A stretch of DNA of 64,000 bases from Chrysomallon squamiferum. Its lineage: Eukaryota > Animalia > Mollusca. Below, piece after piece: positions 23,601 to 36,959 of this stretch. A program made the translations under genes and the position numbers. How positions within the stretch are numbered: the first letter of the stretch is position 1; the number at the start of each line of letters is the position of its first letter. The DNA lies in the NCBI GenBank assembly GCA_012295275.1, contig CM022665.1, forward strand, positions 34,596,001 through 34,660,000, read 5' to 3'. The notes under the pieces were generated by a model. It ran no database searches, was not told the origin of the DNA, and saw only the letters and a list, made by a program, of their open reading frames with translations.

Positions 23601-25876
23601 AACAATCTTGGTATTGTCCAGATGAAAGAAGGAAATGTTTTATTTAATGATACATTCAACAGATTTTTATATTTATCATACATGGTTTTAAAGACCACAA
23701 ACATAATTCAGACTAAACCATCCTGTCACCATTTTTCTGTCTGTCGATTAGGTTGGGGTTTTTTTCGGGTTTTTTTCTTCTCAAATATCTTCGCGTAGAG
23801 GTGGAAGTTAAAAAAGTCATTTATCAAGAAAGGGCATTAACTTTTAATATCAAATTACGTTCACATATATCACATTGCTCATTGAAGATGGTTAATAAAA
23901 CAAAATGAAAGAAAAAGATATTGTTAAACAAAATGAATAACAAATTTTATTGTCTCTCGTTTATCTGAATTCAAAAGAGTAACATCGCATTCCCAGATTA
24001 ACAGCAGAAACTGAAAAGCAGATGTTAATAACATCGCTGCCTTGTTCGTATCTGGCAAAACAAATATCAGAACATGTATACCTGATAAATATTTGTTTTA
24101 TGAATACAGCCCCTGATAAATATTAATATATTTGTTTTTTAATACATTTATTTATTTTAATGAATGCACGAAAATAACTATGTCGAGTGTATTACAAATA
24201 TTCACGTCAGGATCAAACTGATTTATGGTCTGAACAACAGATTCATATCTAGGGTAGATGGGATTCAGTGCAAATAAAAAATATAAACATTCCTTGAATT
24301 CTGAATTTGTAGCTTATTTTATTTTTTAATTTATTATAATTATTATTTTTTTATTATTTGTTTTTACTTTAAAAAATGGCGCCAGTGGAACTTGTCCATT
24401 GTTACGTTGCTGTTTTAAAGAATGCCTTCCATTTTCCATCGTCTGCTGCACTCTTATGTTTTCTCTATAATACCCAGCCAGTACTTTTATTTCTTTTCCC
24501 TTCTCAAAATCTTGTTCAAAATCTTTTATAAATAAAAAATCTATTAGACTATTAAAAGTTCATGAAAATTTTGTTTTCTTTTAAGGTTATGGCCACATTG
24601 CTCCATCAACTGAGTCGGGTCGGACATTCTTCGTTTTCTATGCATTTGTTGGAATTCCTCTATGTATGGTTGCTCTAGGTTACCTTGGAGAAAAATTACA
24701 ATTACCACTGAAGAAGTTACAGAACAGTGTTATATGGAAAGATAAACCCAGACTGGACAGCTATATAAAATCTGTCATTTACGTTTCTCTTGGACTCTGT
24801 ATTCTAATACTTTTGCCCGCTGGTGTTTTCTGGATAGTAGAAAAGTGGTCGTATAAGGAAGCGTTATATTACGTTGTCGTAACTCTGACAACGATTGGTT
24901 TTGGAGATTTTGTGCCAGGTAAGTGAATATATTTCTTCATTCTGTTTTATCTCAGAGGATTTGTGTTTGTGTAAATAAATGAGTGAGTGACAGGTGGAAG
25001 GAGAAAAATTCATTTTTCTACTAATGATTAAATATAATAATGCGGGTTATATAAAACAGACAAAATGAAAATAATCTTGTAACCCGTGTAATTTATTTTT
25101 TTCTTTTCTTTTCTTTTTTTTCTTTCTTAGAACTTGCTATGAACAGACTATCTTTTTGTCAGTTTTTAGTTTTCTAATCTAAATTGCGTCAAGTAAGAAT
25201 AATTTTTTTTTTAAATATACCTTCAGTTTCAAATGTTTAATTTATTTTTAGCTAATTGCAGACAAATCTTCAAATCTCCTTTGTATTCTTCTTAAATTTT
25301 AAAGGTTTTTATTATTTTGTTTTTTCACATTTATATTTACAGGTGCAAACGAAAAAAACTTCCGATCTTTATACAAGCTGGTAGTGTGTGTTTGGATTAT
25401 GTTTGGTCTTGCCTGGGTTGCTCTACTCATCAGTGAAGTGGGTGATGTCATGAAAGGTCGAGTGACAAAACTTATAATCAAACAACAAAGCGATGACGCG
25501 GAGGAACCGTTTGATAAAGAACAAAACGAGGTAATACTTTTTTAACCATTACAATTTTAACATACAAAATATATATATACGCATATTCTTCACTCAGGTA
25601 GGTACACAAATACCAAGTACATTTTAATTTAAACAGACGAATGTACACATGAAGAGGATGATTCTGTTATACTGTAAGAAAAGAAGAGACAGTTTGAATT
25701 TAATTAACTGAAACGAATCCACTAAATCTGTAATTTAAAAAATAGACGATACAAATATTTTCTCTTATTTCTTTTAATAGTTATCATGAATATTTCATCT
25801 AACAACTTTAAATATGTAGATTTGTTTTTTCTGATTTCAGATGGAACTACAATCACCTATAGCAGCTAAAACATGA
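20667..25876 (+). CDS. Two-pore-domain potassium channel (K2P/KCNK, TREK/TALK-like), 286 aa, 5 coding exons
   Basis: Exons 20667-20808, 21297-21458, 24586-24918, 25343-25530 and 25841-25876 total 861 nt, are all GT-AG and are phase-consistent. An in-frame TGA precedes the ATG. Motifs: M1 LVVYIVLGGVVFHYTE, cap NYTC, P1 WDLASSIFFAITVVTTIGYGHIAP, M2 FYAFVGIPL, P2 WSYKEALYYVVVTLTTIGFGDFVPG, M4 LYKLVVCVWIMFGLAWV. Confidence 0.95.
21445..21870 (+). repeat. Degenerate intronic minisatellite related to the K2P exon-2 3' end and donor
   Basis: Recurrent AACCATTG(G/A)TAAGT and TTACATCGTCAC blocks near 21451, 21489, 21578, 21641, 21715 and 21847. Confidence 0.6.
23620..23750 (-). mobile_element. SINE 3'-end fragment
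   Basis: GAAAGAAGGAAATGTTTTATTTAATGATACATTCAACAGATTTT...ATGGTTTTAAAGACCACA resembles the tail of the copy at 33.5 kb. Confidence 0.4.
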
Positions 25877-25904
25877 CGGACAATCAACAGCAATCACAAC
25901 GACA

Positions 25905-26160
25905 TGACTTTATCATCAACATGTGCACTTAGCCAAATAAGAATTTCCAAGAGTACATTTGTTAATCATCAGTTTACACATTACCAAAATAATAAGCGTT
26001 TTCCAAAGTGCTTTATTTATCATCAGTATGTGCATGTAATAAAATAAGACTTTTCTACTCTGTTATCTTTATCAATATATGCATCTAATTAATTAAGACA
26101 TTTCCAGTGTGCTTTATTTGTCACCATCTGTATGTCCCCTTGATAAAGATTGCCAAAGAC
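25905..26160 (+). repeat. Degenerate tandem repeat (about 50-54 bp, about 5 copies) in the K2P 3'UTR
   Basis: The unit is approximately TTTATCATCAGTATGTGCATGTAATAAAATAAGACTTTTCCAAAGTGCT and starts about 30 nt after the stop codon. Confidence 0.65.
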
Positions 26161-27000
26161 CTAACAGTTGTTAAATAAATTTATGAGTTACGACATTCAA
26201 AGGAATGGACTCGAGTATATATATATATACATATATTTAGTATTGACCATTTCGTCAACAATTTCCTATTTTATTTGATTGAATATAAATATTATATTTT
26301 ATTATGCATTATCATGTATCGATATCTCTATCTCTCTCTCAGTATTATATATTGAGAATACTATTTTATTATGAAACGTGGAATGCAGTGATATCAGTCT
26401 CTATGTAATATTAATATATCTGTTCATTGTGATTCTTTTTAAAAATTGTATTCCCTGTTCTTTGAGTATTTACTTGTATATGCTAAGATGACTGCATATT
26501 TTTATTACTTGAATAAATAGTTTACACACAACCGTACTTGACATAATCCTGTTAAAAAAAATGTGTAGCAGTTTGTTCAGGTATGTCTTTCTAAATATAT
26601 TTTTCTTATTTTCAAGATAACGTTTTAATCAATTTTTGCCTACCAGTCTTAATTAAAAACGAAGTCTAACAACAAATGGGTACAACTGAGAGGTTTTTTT
26701 CACCCGTAAAATCTGTAATAGTGGTGCCATCTCGTGCAGGGCGGACCAGTTTGCTCTCAAGTTTCTTTAAATGTAGTCAGAAAAATACAGCTTCCAGTCT
26801 ACCTCGTAAGCGATGACGATCCCAGTTGTCATACTCTGTCATGAGCCACGTATGTCTCCCAAAATAATTAAATAATAACCTGAAAGTATAAAGGATTATA
26901 CTAGACCTTTTATTCACAGCCATAGGTACACTTCAAATAGAAATGACAAAGTGTGTGAATGAAAGGAATAAGTATTGCGGGGTGGAGGTTAATAGTTGGT

Positions 27001-27033
<33 letters not shown>

Positions 27034-27443
27034 ATTAAAAAGTGGATGAATGTACCTTAAAGAAGTATGTATATTCGGTAGCGTCCATTTTATTATTATT
27101 TCTTTTTTTTACTAAGTCTGTTTCTTTCTTCAGTAAGAATTTTTAACTCGTTCTTTCTGTCTCTACCACTTTGTCCTCTTGCCTCTGTCTATTTCCGTCA
27201 TGTCGGTTTGTGAGTGTGTATGTGTTTGTGTGGCAATTAAATTATTATATTAAAGAACCCAGATATTTTCAGCTAAATACTATACTCCATTTTTCAATGC
27301 CGTTCTTCATTACGCATCAGTGCAAACAAACCAATAATAATAATAATGGTATTCATGAAAATCTTTGAATATAGGCGATTCATTCTCTATCCAGCCTCGT
27401 GGGAATTCTCAACTCTATTGCTGAATAAATGAATGAATTAAAT

Positions 27444-27479
<36 letters not shown>

Positions 27480-28437
27480 AAACGGGCCCTTATTGGAAAA
27501 TAAGCAAACAAACAGATAAATAAATAAACATAAATCTTTCATTTTTTTTGTTTTGTTTGTTCTTTCTTTTCTTTTTCTTTTTAAAAACGATGACACACCC
27601 TCAACTACTGTGTCAGATAAGTTCTATTAAGCACACATAATAAATAAAAGTAACCTAAAGAATCATGTTATGGGGTTTCCTCTTTATTTTTTCACAGAAT
27701 TTTTGACACATAATCATTTTAATATTAAAGAATTTTGATTTGATATTAATTAAACTAGATCTATGGAGTGAAGTATCTTATGAATAAAGACCTTAAAATC
27801 CTGGTAAACACGTTTACTTGAATTTTGTATTTTTAAAAAAGCTTACAAATCTGACATCATTAATTATAGAACTCCGTATCCCGGCTCTATAGAATTAGTA
27901 ATTCTGCAAGTCGCTTGTACAAAGCTGAAAAGCCATAAACTATTAATTAAAACCCAACTAAGATCAAACAGAAAACAAGAAAAAATTCTATATTCATAAT
28001 ATTGCTTACTACATTCACATGTCCAAAGAACATAATGCACAACAAATGATTGCTATTTTACTTACTGAATATTGCATGATTGTATGTTTGTAATATTATT
28101 GTTATGCATATAAAAGTTTAATACTTAGGAAAATATATTACTAGGGTATAAACTTGAGTGGGTACGAAAAGACTCAAAATCAATTAAATCACGGTATTTT
28201 CAAATCCCATAAACACGTTTGGTTGTCTCCCGTTAATTTAAAGTATTTGAAGAGAGAGAGAGAGCGCGAGAGAGAGTAGGAAGGGAAACGCGCATACAAA
28301 ACCAAAACAGGTTTCTTTGTGTGAAAGGATTGTGTATATCGTACCAAATATGTTTTGCATATGGCAAGTTTCTTAAACACTTCCTTTTACGTGATATCAA
28401 TAACAACAGAACAACTTAGTGAGTGGTTGTCAAGTCA

Positions 28438-28445
28438 TCACGTGA
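28438..28445. promoter_or_regulatory. CLEAR/E-box-like palindrome TCACGTGA upstream of RNase T2
   Basis: TCACGTGA lies about 130 nt upstream of the donor (AAG|GTAACT, 28576) of the presumed non-coding first exon. Confidence 0.45.
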
Positions 28446-29110
28446 GCACGTTTATGGTAAATTGGGGTGTGTCAGTCAGCTGATACATTCAGTGCTTTTT
28501 TTGTTTTTCTACGCAGCTAAGAGTCAGAACTTCATCGAGATTAAAAAGAACGAACAACAGTTATAACACTCAAAAGGTAACTTTAATATTTTTAATTCTC
28601 ATTTTCATTCTACAATTTGAAGGAGTTGTTGGAGAATATTACTGTTAAAAAAAAACAAATTATAATCATATTTTTTCATAAAGTTTTAACAGAGGCTAAG
28701 TCTTTGTTAACAAGGACTTTTCTTATTAAAAACAATAAAACAGTTACACAGTTGTTGTCAACAACACAAGTTTTACTTGGAACTTAGGATTGAGGCTTCT
28801 GTCATTACTCTCTCTCTCCTTTTTTTTCTGCTGTGGAAACCCATTTAAATTATTTAAATTTTAAAATGTTATTAATGATTAAAAATATAATGACGTAAAT
28901 TTATTTTTACAAACCCTAATACCACAGTTACAAAATAAATATATTTACTGTGTTACCAGTGATGGTGTATGGTGTATTACAACATGCATGAGTCACTGTA
29001 TAAAATATATTAATAAAATGGGATCAGTTGAATTAATACCATTAACATTTTTTCTTTCTTTCTTAGAAGTGTTTAAAAAAGGAAAAAGACAAATAAACAG
29101 AGATAACAAA

Positions 29111-32100
29111 ATGGCCTGTTGGCCACAGTTTTCACTGGCACTGGCAACAATTATATTAATTTGCTGTGTGTATGAAAGGTAACTAACTAACTATGTCTTC
29201 ACTTTTTAAATACTCACTCAAATCTTTTCATAATTATTAACAAAATGATTTCAAATTTTAAAATACTGGGTAAGCTTGATTGCACCAAGTAAGTATTAAA
29301 AATAAAATACCACATTATTAAACACTAGAGTTTAATTTCATTTTACTCTAGCTAAGTTTAGGGCATTTATTTATCGATTTTTTAAGTGTTATAAAATTTG
29401 TTAAAAACCCAGTAAAGTTTCTACAATATATAAGATAATTACTGAATAATATATATGTATGTTTTAGGAGTTCCTTTTAAAAATAACTTTTTGAAATGAT
29501 TTTTCTTTTCTCCTTGAATATCTGAAATTTCAGTAAATATGTCACAAAAACACAAGCTAAATATATATATATTTTTTAATTATTATTATTATTATTATTT
29601 TTTTTTTGTATTGTGTCTTGTTTTCTTTTTCTTTTTTTCACAGTGCTACCAAAGATAATATTTTTGATTATTTTGTGTTTACTCAAGAATGGCCTTGGTC
29701 TATGTGTTTTGATGCAGAGGAAAAGGTATAAATAGAATTACTTAGATTATTCAGTATGATTCAATCAAATACTATATGTAGGCATGATAATTAATGTCAA
29801 ATATAAAAAATTGGTTTTGTAACAAGTAATGGTCAACACATGTTTTAGTTTGTACAGGATGACACTGAAAGTCACATAAAAAGATTTCAGAGTATACAAG
29901 TACTATTATTGTTTGTAAGTACTTTTAATAAACTTATTTCTTTTATACCAGTATTTCATTTAATAATTTAGTTTACAATCAGTTTTAAAATTCAATATCA
30001 ATGTCTACAGCATTTAGAAATGTGGAAAATTTGTATTTGAGGATTATGATTATTATATAAATGCATGTTATTATTGTTGGTAAGCTGTCTTAGTAGTATT
30101 TTAAATACTCTCTACTGTTAAAATGTGTTCACTCGTATTATCTCTGTATTAAATGGGGTTCTTGGGTGTTTTTTTTCTCAACCAGCATATTAAGTGTAAT
30201 GTACCTTCATTAGTAAAAGATTCATGGACCATTCATGGACTCTGGTATGTATATTTAAGATATTAAATATTTGTTATGAAATTAATCTGCTTAATGATGG
30301 ACCGATAAAAATATTAAAATTCTATACCTAACTTAAAATGAACAACACAAAATAATGTAATAGAAAGTTACTATTTTAGTAGTTTATAATTCACAAATAT
30401 ATACTAATTAAAATATTTTATTTTATTTTATTTCTCTGTTTATTTTCGTAATCAAGTTTAAAATATTTCAAATATAATTTTCCCTGTTTTATCTTCTTTC
30501 TTTTTTTTAAATTATAATTTGATATTTTTAAATCTTTTAGAATTTGTATTTCATTTTCAGTTATATTTGAAGATATTTGTTAATGAGTTAGTAATAAGCA
30601 TTAATGTATCAGGTTTCATATAATTATTATTATTACTATTATTATTATTGTTGTTGTTTCTCACAGGCCAGATAAATATTCTGAAAAAGGACCATCATGC
30701 TGCAATAATTCTTGGCCTTTTGATCTCAGTAAAATCAAAGTAAGAATTATCTTTAAAAACAATAGCCAAATATATTAATATACTGAACAGCATTGAAAAT
30801 GGACTACCAGTAGATGATAACAAATATGAATGGGAGATTTATCAGCATTAAAAAAAAGCAATAAATATCATGTACTGCATATCTACCCGTAAGACCTGAA
30901 TTAGTTAGAAATTTTGATTTTTGATGAAAGTCTGCGATTTTTATTTTATTTTAATTTTAAGAATCATACCATTTTATGTACTCGCACACCATGGCATACC
31001 TTCAAATGTGTTGGAAAATTTACATGGTTTTGTTTCTGCCTTCTTGGAGTTTCCCCATTCACAAAGAAGATTTAAAATTAGTCTCACCTGAAAGTTCATG
31101 GATTTCCCTTCAAAATTATTTTTTTCTTTTTTAAATTGAGCAAAATCTTGTTTCAGAAAACACATTTGTGAACTGAAAATTTTCTGTCTTTGTGCAAAAA
31201 AAAAACCTGATCAATGTTTAATTTCTGAAAAGAGCAATTTTTGTGCTTTTTAATGGAAATAGAGATTATTCTGATGATATGATGGTGAAAACACTGAATG
31301 CATTAAATGATCACTCATTGGTCAGAAATAAACTTTGACATCAATTTGCATTCTACACTAAACAAATGGATGGAAATGGATTATGGAGGAATCTATGAGC
31401 AATGAACATTTCTTAAGAGACTTACCTTGAAAATAATAAAATGAAGTGATACATGAGGAACAAATGGTATTAATACATACGAATTTGAGCTCCAGATATT
31501 AAAAAGAAATCATATCTTTTGTTCAATGACGTTGAAGTTTGCATGCTGGATAATCCTCAAGAGCCTGATAATTCCCCTGAAAAATACAAACTGAAATATA
31601 CTTTGTTTTATAAGCATGCTGCTCTCTCAGAATAGGTTGGTGACATGAACTGATTCTTGCCCTGCATGTGAACTGAACTCAGTCTACCCTAATGTGTGTG
31701 GTCTTACAGGTCTTTTCATTCTGAACAAAATGCAGTTTTAATTATAAAAAATCACATTGTAATTAGGTATTTTGTTGTATTTGAAAGTACTAAGAGAAAA
31801 TAGTCATAGTGCCTCCAATTTTTGGGCTTAAGAGCACATTTTGGTGAGCTCCTAGCTCAGATCTGAGTAAGAGGTGAATGTGGGAAAAAATTGAACAGTA
31901 TCTATGTGTCAAATGCTCAAAATCTGCATTTTCATGCTTCTGGTTATAAATTTGTGAAAGATACATATTGGCAAAATCAGGAATGTCTCAAAATGGCGTT
32001 TTTTAACTTTTTATGGATTAAAGATAGAAATAAAAAAAAAAAAATTGTGGCTTTCTTTTGGTAAATGATCTATAATATATGAAAAAAGGACAGTTGTTGT

Positions 32101-35100
32101 TCAAGATTAAATTTTACTACTCATCATTACCTTATACACTACACATGATGACAAATAATTTACAAAAACAATTGCATGAAAACAACACCAAAAAACAACA
32201 TATTGCCTGCATTTTGCTTGAATAGCCAGCAGTGTCCCCTGATTTCTCACCAATAAAGTATCTTTGAGATTATCTTGGTCAGTGCATCTCATGTCATCCA
32301 CAAATGAAAAATCATAGATAACTGCAAAATGGGCTGCTATCCCACAGAACACTATTTACTGGGTTAATGAGAAGACATTGCTAGGCTTGTATTGCTGCAG
32401 ATAGTGGTCATATGTGCTACTGATTTTTCATTGTGACTCTACTTGTCTTATATATGTAGATGAATTAAAACTAATCAATGATTTGCATCCTTTTTTTTGT
32501 TTGAGTCATTATCAGTTACTGATTTTGTGCTTTTCACAACAAAAACATTTATTGTTCAAGTATTCTTTTCAAAATCAAAACATTTCTTGATGCTGTATTT
32601 TTAGTGCTGTTCAGAATATTTAAATACTTATTTAATTACCAGTTGATCATATATAATTAAGTGATCCTGCAGCAACTTTTTTCTCAGTAAATCACTTGTC
32701 TTGAACATACTTATTGTGTTTTAATATTAATGGCTATTAGGAGTCATACAGATTTAATATAATTTCAGTATGAAAGAGATAACCAACTGCCACCAGTTCC
32801 AGTGGACAGAAAAAACACTTCATGGTCTAAGATACTATAAATAAATTTCCCAGTAGGAGCTTCTGTATCAATAAAGCTTGCAGGAATTATGCATTAACCC
32901 AACACTATCATGGAACTACACCCAAGTATGTTGTGATTAGAGGAGAACAAAAAAAAATAACAAAAAAAAAATTCAGTTCATATATATTGATATATATATC
33001 TGGTAACTGCATTGAAATACAGCTTTAATCTTTCTTATTTAGGAATCCATAAAAAGAATAAAAAATTAAAGAAATATACTGTTGTGGTTTTTATTATTGT
33101 TGTTAATAGTACATAATATTTTTTCTTTCAGAGTTTACAAGGACAGTTAGAACAATACTGGCCCAATCTGTATCCAAAGACTGCCAAATATGATTTTTGG
33201 TAAATTAAATTTAATATAACTAAATGATTGAATAGTTGTTTAATAAATTTATTTAAGTGTTCAGTGTATGGCTGTATGACAGTTAGCATGAGTATTCCTT
33301 TAGTGTTTATTGTGTATCATTTGTCATTTACATTAATGTCAATGTGAGGAAATTTCTGCCTCTCCAAGGGCTACTAGATAGAAAAGTGGCTCAGGTAAGA
33401 AAGAATGATTATTTGACTTACCATGATTTTGATCAGCTTTCAAACCATCGGGTTACAGCTATTTTATTTCTGCTCAAAGGAAATAGCAATGCACTCAACA
33501 CATTTTATAATTATAGGTTAGTTTAAGTATCATTCAGATGACATGAGCAAGGGAGAACACTACTACTGGTTAGCAGCAAGGGATCTTATGTATGCACCAT
33601 AGCAGTGGTACAAACTATAGCCTTTGTTACACAAGTTACAGAGCACTCACTAAAATGAGAAACAACTCTGTGGGGCGACCTAGAGAGATCAGTCCAGTGA
33701 CCTTTTGAACCTCCACAACTTAGCTACATTCTTATCCCAACTTGTAGGAAACTGGATTAACATTCAATGAAAATCATAAAAATATAATTTGCCAGCAAGT
33801 TAATGATGTCCGATCTATAACGGCATAACTGACAATCTTTTTATATTATTTTGGTTCCTTTTTTTTTTAAATGTCAGAATGATTAAAAATACTTTAAATG
33901 GCATAATGATATATATTTCACTTGACATGGCCAATATTTTAATCAGATTATTTGCTTTATTCAGGAAACATGAATGGGACAAACATGGAACATGTAGTAC
34001 AAGTTTACCTGCTACTGGTAATGAGTATCTTTACTTTAAAAAAGCTCTACAACTATGCCACAGATTTAATATTCTGAAGTAAGTGTAAAACTATTAAAAT
34101 TCTGTTTAAATTAAGTAAATTCAAACACTGTTAAAATGATGTCAGAATGTTATGGTCTTAGATTGCAATTCTAGATATTTAGTGACATCAAATCCTAATT
34201 CATTAATATGATTGTATTGATATTAAATATTCTTGATTTGATGTCTTTTAATATATTTTTATTTTTTATTTTATTTTTTTATAACTTAAAGTACATTGTG
34301 ATTAAGGTATCAATGTAAACATGTATGTAATATTAGCAACTGATACACCAGTTAAAATGAATAGTCTTATTTTTATTTTTTATTATTTTTGTTTTTTACA
34401 TATTTTGGGGAGACAAAAGGGTTGAGTTCAATGTATAATACTGACTGAAGATGTTTTTTCTCTCATGTTTTTGTAGTATGTTTGCAAAAAAAGGTATAAT
34501 ACCCAGCAGTAACGAAACATATGAGGTATGTTTTCAGTAATATTATCTACAGATTTTAAATTTTGCTTAACATAAATGTCTAGTGATTATCATTAATAAT
34601 AACAACATTCATAAGATATCTGACCTATCAATCATATTAATTGCTGACTACTGAAAAAATACCAAAGTTTTAATTACAAAGATGGCAGTTTTCCAGCAGA
34701 CAGCACTACCTGAAAAATAAAATTATTTCCAGACAATATTGTTAAAAGATTAGCATCAACAATCTTGCATCTAAAATATTTTTTTATTTTTTATAAACCC
34801 ATTAATATGACATTTGCAAGATTTCTTTATTACTTAATGAGCCAAAATATTGGAAGATCCTTAAATAAATTTATGTTGTAGATTGAAGATATTTGGAAAG
34901 TTCTTATAGACACTCTTGGTGTTAAAGCAAACATTAGTTGTGTGCATGTAAGTATATGTTTATGTCTGTAAAGTAAATGAAATGTTATGAATTCATATTA
35001 CACTAGGATACATAAACTCTGATTATTTGAATTATTAATAGATTTTAATGTAATGTTTCCATTTTGGAAAAAATGTGCATTAGTTTTTCTGTGTTAATTC

Positions 35101-35436
35101 AATAAGACAAATGTATCATTAATCAGTAGCTGAACAGGAATATTTTTAACTCCAGGATAAAAATTAGTTTAATTTTTGCATTCAATTAATTAATGTGGGT
35201 TTTTTCCATTTTTTTTTTTTTTTTTTTTCATTTTCCAGTACAATGGTACATTCTATGTGGGTCAAGTTAAAATCTGTTTAACGAAATCTTTTAATCTGCT
35301 GGACTGTGGTAAAGTGATGGATTTGACAAATTCTTACTTACAGGACTGTCCAACAAAAGAGAAAAAAGATCAAGTTCACTATCCTTTACCATCACACTTT
35401 CCAAAGAAACAACAGATTAATGTAATTACAGTTTAA
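29111..35436 (+). CDS. RNASET2: Ribonuclease T2 family protein, 258 aa, 9 coding exons
   Basis: Exons 29111-29178, 29644-29725, 30186-30244, 30667-30739, 33132-33199, 33965-34078, 34477-34525, 34882-34947 and 35239-35436 total 777 nt and are phase-consistent. It has a signal peptide, FDYFVFTQEWP, CAS I WTIHGLWP, YWPNL, CAS II FWKHEWDKHGTC and a C-terminal QVKICLTKSF. Confidence 0.96.
33470..33740 (-). mobile_element. SINE copy in an RNase T2 intron
   Basis: The plus strand shows GCACTCAACACATTTT...TTAGCAGCAAGGGATCTTATGTATGCACCAT...GCCTTTGTTACACAAGT...GAGCACT...TGAGAAACAACTC...AGCTACAT, i.e. the reverse of a tRNA-headed SINE. Confidence 0.55.
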
Positions 35437-36959
35437 TTTTGATATGGTATTTTCAACTGATCATTTAAAATCGGGTTTTTTTTAAATAATAATAAAATTG
35501 TTACCTCCACTTGAATGATACCGTGATAAACTGTAAAATGAAACAACTTCTGTCTTATGAATTTGGTGTTATATCACTGAAAACTACCTTTAATCTGCTA
35601 GTGCACTTGACTTTTTTTTTTTTTTTTTTTGATTTATACTTTATTCACAATTTAATCCTAGTCTTTGTTAGTTTTATTTAAATATATTTTTGTTAAACTG
35701 CTACAAAAACATGATGTAATTAATTCTTTGCTTTATTTATTGCTTTTATGTTTTGTTGAAGTAAATTTCTTCATTTCACTTTTTATTTTCTAAACTAATG
35801 TTGTGTAAACATTAATACAGGTACACAATCCAGAATCTTTCATTCCAAAGTTTTTCCACATTATTAATTTTCTCTGAGACAAAAACAACAGGTCAGATAA
35901 TAATTCAAGAAAATACCTCTGAACAACTAAATATATAACTCCCATGACCCTGAAGAAGTAGGCCCTTTTAAATAAACTAAAAAAAATTTAAATGCAAATT
36001 AAATGATTAAATGAAATGCATTAGTGTAAATGGTACAGGCTGCATTTGTAAAAAGATTATCAATTTAAAAAAAATAAAAAAATAAAATATAAAAGAATGA
36101 ATGAGGTTCTGAAACATCAATCATGAAAATCAATCAAGTACCTGTATTGGTAAATGGCTTTTTATTTTTCAGTGCAGATTTTTTCTTTCCTTAATGGTAT
36201 TACTTAAATTTGATATTGTCTTAATTTGTCTTAAATTAGTGTTTATAAGTGTATGTATATAACATGAATAGGTCTTCCATTAGATTTTTTATTCCTGAAT
36301 ATACCAGTCATGCCTTAATGATTAATATACTGAGAATTTTGTTTTATTGTTAACCACATTAAACAAGAAATATCATATTGATATTTACTGTAAAATATTT
36401 AATTTCATTTATCTGAAGTAGATTAATATCAGTGTTTAATAATTTGTTAGTTAGCTTTATAATTCAAAGCTGTTGTTCAGTTTGAATCTTACCTTTTTTT
36501 ATCTTTTTTTTCATCTGTTGATCAACAGAAAATTTATTACTCTTTATGATTAGCATAAACACCTCACTGAAATTATATGCAGTGCAAATTAAACAGAGAA
36601 AATAGACTACTCACTGTGAAAAACAATTAATAATAAACAAAAAATACACATTATATTTATTACAGGATGCATCTGACATTCCAATATTTATGTACTTGAC
36701 ATCATTTTCCTTTTTGATTCAATAAAATTAATATAATTTATATCTATTATGTTTTTGTCCTTTGTTTGGCTTTAGAGCAACAAAATAATATACATATACT
36801 TTACATAAAAGAAATATTCCAGCATTATTTTAATATATGGTTTATTATAATATATCAGAAGCAGTTTTAACTGCTGTGGTATACCTCTTGACAACACAAA
36901 ATCCTTCAAATGCTGTATCTGGATATTACAAAATAAAATGATGGCATTATGATTTAGTT

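Noticed and set aside
21445-26160. Spaced repeats superficially resembling a CRISPR array
   Set aside because: The context is eukaryotic intron and UTR, the units are degenerate without unique constant-length spacers, and there are no cas genes.
30970-32480. GC-richer stretch in RNase T2 intron 4 (similar stretches at 51240-51550 and 58900-59850)
   Set aside because: Probably decayed transposon sequence, but I could not identify termini or a protein motif, so it is not called.
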